Source: Porphyridium purpureum
Lineage: Eukaryota
Direction: 5' to 3'
Assembly (NCBI GenBank): GCA_008690995.1
Contig: VRMN01000002.1
Span: 248,001 to 312,000 of the forward strand
DNA: 64,000 nucleotides
The position numbers were made by a program, and so were the translations under genes. This document shows positions 59,571 through 64,000 of this stretch, piece by piece. How positions within the stretch are numbered: position 1 is the stretch's first letter; the number at the start of each line of letters is the position of its first letter. The notes under the pieces were generated by a model. That model saw only the letters and a program-made list of their open reading frames with translations, searched no databases and was not told the origin of the DNA.

Positions 59571-60131
59571 ACCCGCACGCCCAAACACACACCGCAAGTC
59601 TACTGAACACCCGCGCACCACGCGCCTATCAAAACACACCCTCCGTGCTATCAAACACAAAGTACAGCGCACCACAGTACCCACCGTACCCACTGTACAG
59701 TTGCGCTGCCACACCGGCGTTCAGTGCGGTCCAGATCTTTCTAGCTGCTTTGCGATTCCCCCTTCCCCCCCCACACAGCCACGCGCGCTCGTTCATCGGG
59801 TCACGTGCTTCAATCACACCGTTTAGAACATAAGAAAAACGGTGATATGGTACAGTTGGATGAGTATTTATACTTCTGTCCTTTTCTGTGTAAATGTGTT
59901 GAATTTAGAGGAACGCCATGAAAGAGGCAGTCGGTACAGTTCGATGGGTGTACAGGTTGAGGAAGTACAGTTGGGCTCTGTGTCTTTGTGTGTGTGTGTC
60001 GTGGTGGAAGTTGTTAGTGGTGGTTGGTGGTTAGTGGTTAGAGAGCTTGGGGATGAAAGAGATTAAGAAGGGAGGGAAAGAGGAGGGGAAGAGTTGGGTG
60101 CGGTGTGAAGAGGGGAGGGAGGGTGTATGCA

Positions 60132-60938
60132 ATGGCGTTTGTGAACGCGGCAGGAGCAGGGGGTGTATCTGTGTCTGTGTCTGTGTCTGCGCGGGGCGTG
60201 TGCCATGTCGTGGAGAGGCAGCGGTGCGCGCGCGTGAGGCACGCGCGCTGCGCGCCGCTGCGCATGCAGGACGACGACGCCATGCCCTCGGACACGTTCT
60301 CGTTCTCGGACGCCGCGGAGCAGAGCAACAAGTCGGACGGGCGCACGCGGAAGGACGCAATGGAGCGCATTCTCCGCGTCGCCGCTTCCACAAACCGCGG
60401 GCGGCTCGCGTCGGCCACCCAGATCGCAGAGGTCGAGGATCTCGTGCTCATGCTCGAGTCCGTCAACCCAAACCTCCACCCCATGGAGACCAGCATCATT
60501 AATGGAAACTGGAAACTCGTCTTCTTCGCGAAAACGGCCGGGTCTAAGATGGCGCTCGAGCCGCTGATCAAGGCGCAGAACCTCATCGAGTTTGGGGACA
60601 TCACGCAGAAGATCGACCTCAGCAGCGCGAGCTTGGTGCAGGACGCAGAGATCTTCGCGTTCCCGGGCATCACGGGCACAATCACCACGTCGGCCAGAAT
60701 AACGCCGGTCGGTCCGGAGCGGATGGAGATCACGCTCGGAGACACCAAGGTAAAGGGCAACTCGCTCTTGAACCGAATCGACCTGTCCAGCATCGACAAG
60801 ATGCTGCCGGTAGACGCAATCTACCAGCGCCTCCGCGGCAAGCCCGCGGAAACGTACATCGACACCTACTACCTGGACGAAGCGCTGCGCATCAGTCGCG
60901 ACAAGCGCGGCAACCTGTACATCTTTGTCAAGGAATAA
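60132..60938 (+). CDS. Plastid lipid-associated protein (PAP/fibrillin family)
   Basis: NRG..A.......EDLV..LES.NP, NGNWKLVF, TYYLDEALRISRDKRGNLYIF; MAFV leader. Confidence 0.9.
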   Translation: MAFVNAAGAGGVSVSVSVSARGVCHVVERQRCARVRHARCAPLRMQDDDAMPSDTFSFSDAAEQSNKSDGRTRKDAMERILRVAASTNRGRLASATQIAEVEDLVLMLESVNPNLHPMETSIINGNWKLVFFAKTAGSKMALEPLIKAQNLIEFGDITQKIDLSSASLVQDAEIFAFPGITGTITTSARITPVGPERMEITLGDTKVKGNSLLNRIDLSSIDKMLPVDAIYQRLRGKPAETYIDTYYLDEALRISRDKRGNLYIFVKE

Positions 60939-61375
60939 GAAGACGCTGTGGCGCTCATTAGCAATCTGTACTGCAGCGTACACCGAGTGGCTGTGACCTT
61001 GACTTTTATTTGAGACGCACGACGGTGAGAAACATTGCCCAACCTGAGGTGCTGCACATTCTGTGGGAGGGATGGGATGGGATGGGATCGATAGATGGGA
61101 AAATTGCGTTCTTCCGGCCGTGCAGGTTCTGCAATGATCAGATACAGAATAAACCATGAATTTGAAAGATACACATAGGAAACTTTCTTTCCCACGTAAC
61201 ACATCGCCGTATTTATGTCGAACACCTCATCGCCGCTGCCGGTGGACGGTTTTCACTTTTGCGTTTCTTGAGCACATCACCTCGTCGCGCATCCGAGAGG
61301 TGCGGAGCGTCATCTACGGGGATTCGGCTGGTCGGCGTCGCTTCCTACGCTTGGTGAGACGGGTGCCCACCGCTT

Positions 61376-62494
61376 ATGTGCGGAAACGGCGCGGTGCAAA
61401 CGCCCCGCCGCGCGCACTGCGTGCTTGTCGTGTTGCTGCTGTGGGCGGTATGGGCTTCGCGTCTGCATGCTTTCCGCGTGACATGCGATAGCGGTGTGCG
61501 CACGCAGGTGCACATGGAAGCGTCCAATGGGCCGTCTGCGTTCCTTGCGTTCAACATGCCGCTGGACGAGCTCGTGGCCAAGCAAGTGATCGAGCGGCTG
61601 GCTGTGGCGCGCGCGTCCGCGCTTGTGGTGGTGGAGCGCGGCGATGTTGACTCACATGGCCACGTACTGCGCCTGCTCGTGCGTGCGGGGCATCACCTGT
61701 GCATGAAGAATATCCCGGCGCTAGTAGGCGTGCACGCGACCGCCGAGAGTCTGGCGCAGGCTCTGGACACCGAGATGGGGTTCTTGGACGCGCCGCTGAA
61801 CAAGCTCCCGCAGTTTGTGCGTGACCAGCACCGCTCGTACGGAGCCGAATTCTTGAACGCATCGCAAGCGGCGGGTACTTTTGCTGTGGATCTTGATACG
61901 CCGGTGCCGGGCGTCCTGTTTGTAAACGACGATGCGCTTGAGAGCGCCGAGTCTGGCGCTCTCCAGGGCAAGCGCACAGGGATTGAACCGTTTCTAGACT
62001 CCGAGCAGCTACACTGCCTGTACGACCGCATAGGGTGTGACCAGGTTGCGCGCATGGAGCTGTATTATCTCAACTGCCAGCGGTTACGCGCCGAGTTCTA
62101 CCGGCGGGAACGCGTGGACCTGTGGAAGTATGCGTCGCGGCGCGGGCGGTACCGCGGTGAGGAGCCGCAAGTGGCAGGGCCCGTGGAGGCCAAAGTACAG
62201 GATATCATTGCGCAGAACCGGATGCGCATCAACATTGCTCACGAGCGGATAAAGCAAGGCGCGCTGCTGCGCGAGGTGATGCTGACACTGTACACGCTCA
62301 GCGACCAGCAGTTGCGCGGGGACTACATGCGCGCGCTGGACTATGAAATGGAGCGCCTGGACCGCCGCATCATTCGCGGCATCTTTGCACTCGGCGTGCT
62401 GCTCCTGGCGCTCGCCACCTACTCTCTCCTCCGGTTTCCACCCACGGGCTTTGGCTTGTCCCGCAAGTTTGTCGAGTTCAACAAGAGCGCATGA
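61376..62494 (+). CDS. Hypothetical single-pass membrane protein
   Basis: N-terminal hydrophobic signal (VLVVLLLWAVW), C-terminal TM (GIFALGVLLLALATYSLL). Confidence 0.65.
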   Translation: MCGNGAVQTPRRAHCVLVVLLLWAVWASRLHAFRVTCDSGVRTQVHMEASNGPSAFLAFNMPLDELVAKQVIERLAVARASALVVVERGDVDSHGHVLRLLVRAGHHLCMKNIPALVGVHATAESLAQALDTEMGFLDAPLNKLPQFVRDQHRSYGAEFLNASQAAGTFAVDLDTPVPGVLFVNDDALESAESGALQGKRTGIEPFLDSEQLHCLYDRIGCDQVARMELYYLNCQRLRAEFYRRERVDLWKYASRRGRYRGEEPQVAGPVEAKVQDIIAQNRMRINIAHERIKQGALLREVMLTLYTLSDQQLRGDYMRALDYEMERLDRRIIRGIFALGVLLLALATYSLLRFPPTGFGLSRKFVEFNKSA

Positions 62495-62685
62495 CGCGCT
62501 GACGAAGTAGGGTTCTGCATTTCATAATAAAAGTGAGTTGTTTTGATAGGAAGATTCGCACTGTGACGCAGCGTGCAGGAATTGGAGCGCGACGCGGGCG
62601 AGTGAGTTGAGCGGAACAGAGGCAGGGGAGGAATAAGATTGTACGTTGGAGACGGTTTGCTGCGGTGGATGCGTGAGCTTGAATA

Positions 62686-63789
62686 ATGCCTGGTCGCGGC
62701 GAGGTGGACGCAGGTACTAGGCATGGTGATTCGGGCAGGCAGGCAAAGAAGATGCGCGGCGCGGAGCAGCAGCCATGCGGACCGCAAGTAGTGCAGCTCA
62801 ACTCGTTCTTGTGCGCGGGTCAGCTGTTCGCCGGCACGCAGAATATCAACAAGCAGGGCCCGCTGCTCTCTCCGCGCTCGGCCTCGCCAGCGCACTTTTA
62901 CAGCCACATCGAGCGCCATTTCCAGCTCGCGCATTTCCAGTCCCCGCGTTCCGTGCTCGCCGCGGCCGCAGCCCGCCGCGCTGATCCGCGCCGTCTGCCG
63001 CGCAGACTCTCGCCTGAGCTGCTGGACGATATACGTGCGCCTTGGAGCCAGCGATATCCGGGAGGATATCCTGGCTCGTCGGAGGTGATTGGTCATCCGC
63101 GAAACTGGGCCCCGCCACCAAACCCCTGGCGCGCGTCGCGTGCCGGAAGCCGCGGCACCGGGACCGGAACCGGGACCGGCAATGTGGCGCGCGCCATTCT
63201 CGAGAATGCGAACGGCGCAGTAGCCGCAAGAGCAGACGCAGGCGTGTCGGACGAGATGTTCAATGATGGCGACGAAGTAATGACATCGAGCGAATGGGCG
63301 GTGAACGTTCGGATTCTGTCCACTGACTACGCGCGCGGAACGCTGTGCGGAGTCATGGAGGCTGTCAACGTTCCAAAGACGCCGTCCCCAGTGCTCACGT
63401 TCTGGGAAGGTGAGATTATTGATAATCGTAATGCCTTCTTTCACACGGGCCGCTGGGACGCGTCGCGTGAGCATGATCTCCAGCACTGGTCCAAGTTTGA
63501 TGCGTTCGCACCGCTGCGCAGCCGCGTGATGCGCGATGGTGGCGTGAATATCGACCTCAGCGACTCGCGTCACGTGTTCATGCGATGGAAAGAAGAATTC
63601 TTTGTGAACGTCGGCCCGGACTGCGGTCTCACGATTGACGGCTTTTATTATCTGTGTCTGGATCGCGAGACTGGCTTTCTGGAAGGGTACTACCACGACC
63701 CGGGCAGCGCACCCTTCCAACGACTGCAGCTGCAGGCCTCCTCAACCGGTCGCGGCGGGTTCGCGTGGGGTGACTTTGAGTTTCTCTAG
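62686..63789 (+). CDS. GID4: GID4/Vid24 N-degron recognin of the GID/CTLH E3 ligase
   Basis: FL..GQ.F.GTQ, W.V.V, TFWEGEIID, D..HWSKF, FMRWKE.FFV, TIDGFYY, GYYHDP.S.PFQ.L.L. Confidence 0.88.
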   Translation: MPGRGEVDAGTRHGDSGRQAKKMRGAEQQPCGPQVVQLNSFLCAGQLFAGTQNINKQGPLLSPRSASPAHFYSHIERHFQLAHFQSPRSVLAAAAARRADPRRLPRRLSPELLDDIRAPWSQRYPGGYPGSSEVIGHPRNWAPPPNPWRASRAGSRGTGTGTGTGNVARAILENANGAVAARADAGVSDEMFNDGDEVMTSSEWAVNVRILSTDYARGTLCGVMEAVNVPKTPSPVLTFWEGEIIDNRNAFFHTGRWDASREHDLQHWSKFDAFAPLRSRVMRDGGVNIDLSDSRHVFMRWKEEFFVNVGPDCGLTIDGFYYLCLDRETGFLEGYYHDPGSAPFQRLQLQASSTGRGGFAWGDFEFL

Positions 63790-63860
63790 GTAAAGTCGAG
63801 ACGAGTAAATGCATGCACAAGGAGGAACGATTCTGCGAGCGAGCAGCATAGCGCCAAGGT

Positions 63861-64000
63861 TTATCGCTTGCGTAATTTTCTATCAGAGTTGCCAGTTGGC
63901 GCGCGAGCTTTCTTCGCTTTCCGCTGAAGACTAAAGTCATGCTCACGCTGCGCCAGCTCCTCCTTTCGAGCTTCTTCACGCTGGCGCTTTCCGCGCTCAA
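63861..64000 (-). CDS. 3' end of a gene running off the window (basic C-terminus)
   Basis: Open frame ERGKRQREEARKEELAQREHDFSLQRKAKKARAPTGNSDRKLRKR* ending at TAA 63861, convergent on GID4. Confidence 0.55.
   Translation of the reverse strand, partial: ERGKRQREEARKEELAQREHDFSLQRKAKKARAPTGNSDRKLRKR

Noticed and set aside
57018..59606. 862-aa antisense ORF over HSP90
   Set aside because: Shadow ORF produced by strong C/G-ending codon bias; Leu/Val/His-rich with no motifs
63629..64000. 123-aa ORF listed in the track at the window end
   Set aside because: Overlaps GID4; a different frame ending at 63861 looks like the real C-terminus

Overview
Gene-dense, GC-rich, apparently intron-free eukaryotic nuclear DNA with about 38 protein-coding genes. 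It is most consistent with a unicellular red alga (Porphyridium-like). The evidence is cytosolic housekeeping genes (eS10, STT3, TFIIE-alpha, RFC, NC2-alpha, HSP90, GID4), many proteins starting with red-algal 'MA/EAFV'-type plastid transit peptides, a FAS1-domain protein resembling red-algal phycobilisome linkers, and a carbohydrate sulfotransferase. I found no rRNA, tRNA, CRISPR array or recognisable transposon. The most notable observations are: (1) a plastid-targeted DUF1838 + cytochrome-b5-like heme/steroid-binding fusion with Cys-Pro motifs; (2) a head-to-head DnaJ/BAG co-chaperone pair sharing a promoter with heat-shock elements and a 9 x 11-bp array; (3) a recurrent, partly oriented ACTG(T/A)AC motif in most promoter regions; (4) three tandem cold-shock-domain genes with mitochondrial-type presequences; (5) a probable catalytically dead MsrB; (6) same-strand gene pairs too close to have separate promoters. 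I adjusted start codons by eye from the ORF track, which often begins at upstream non-ATG codons. All family calls come from motif recognition, not database searches.
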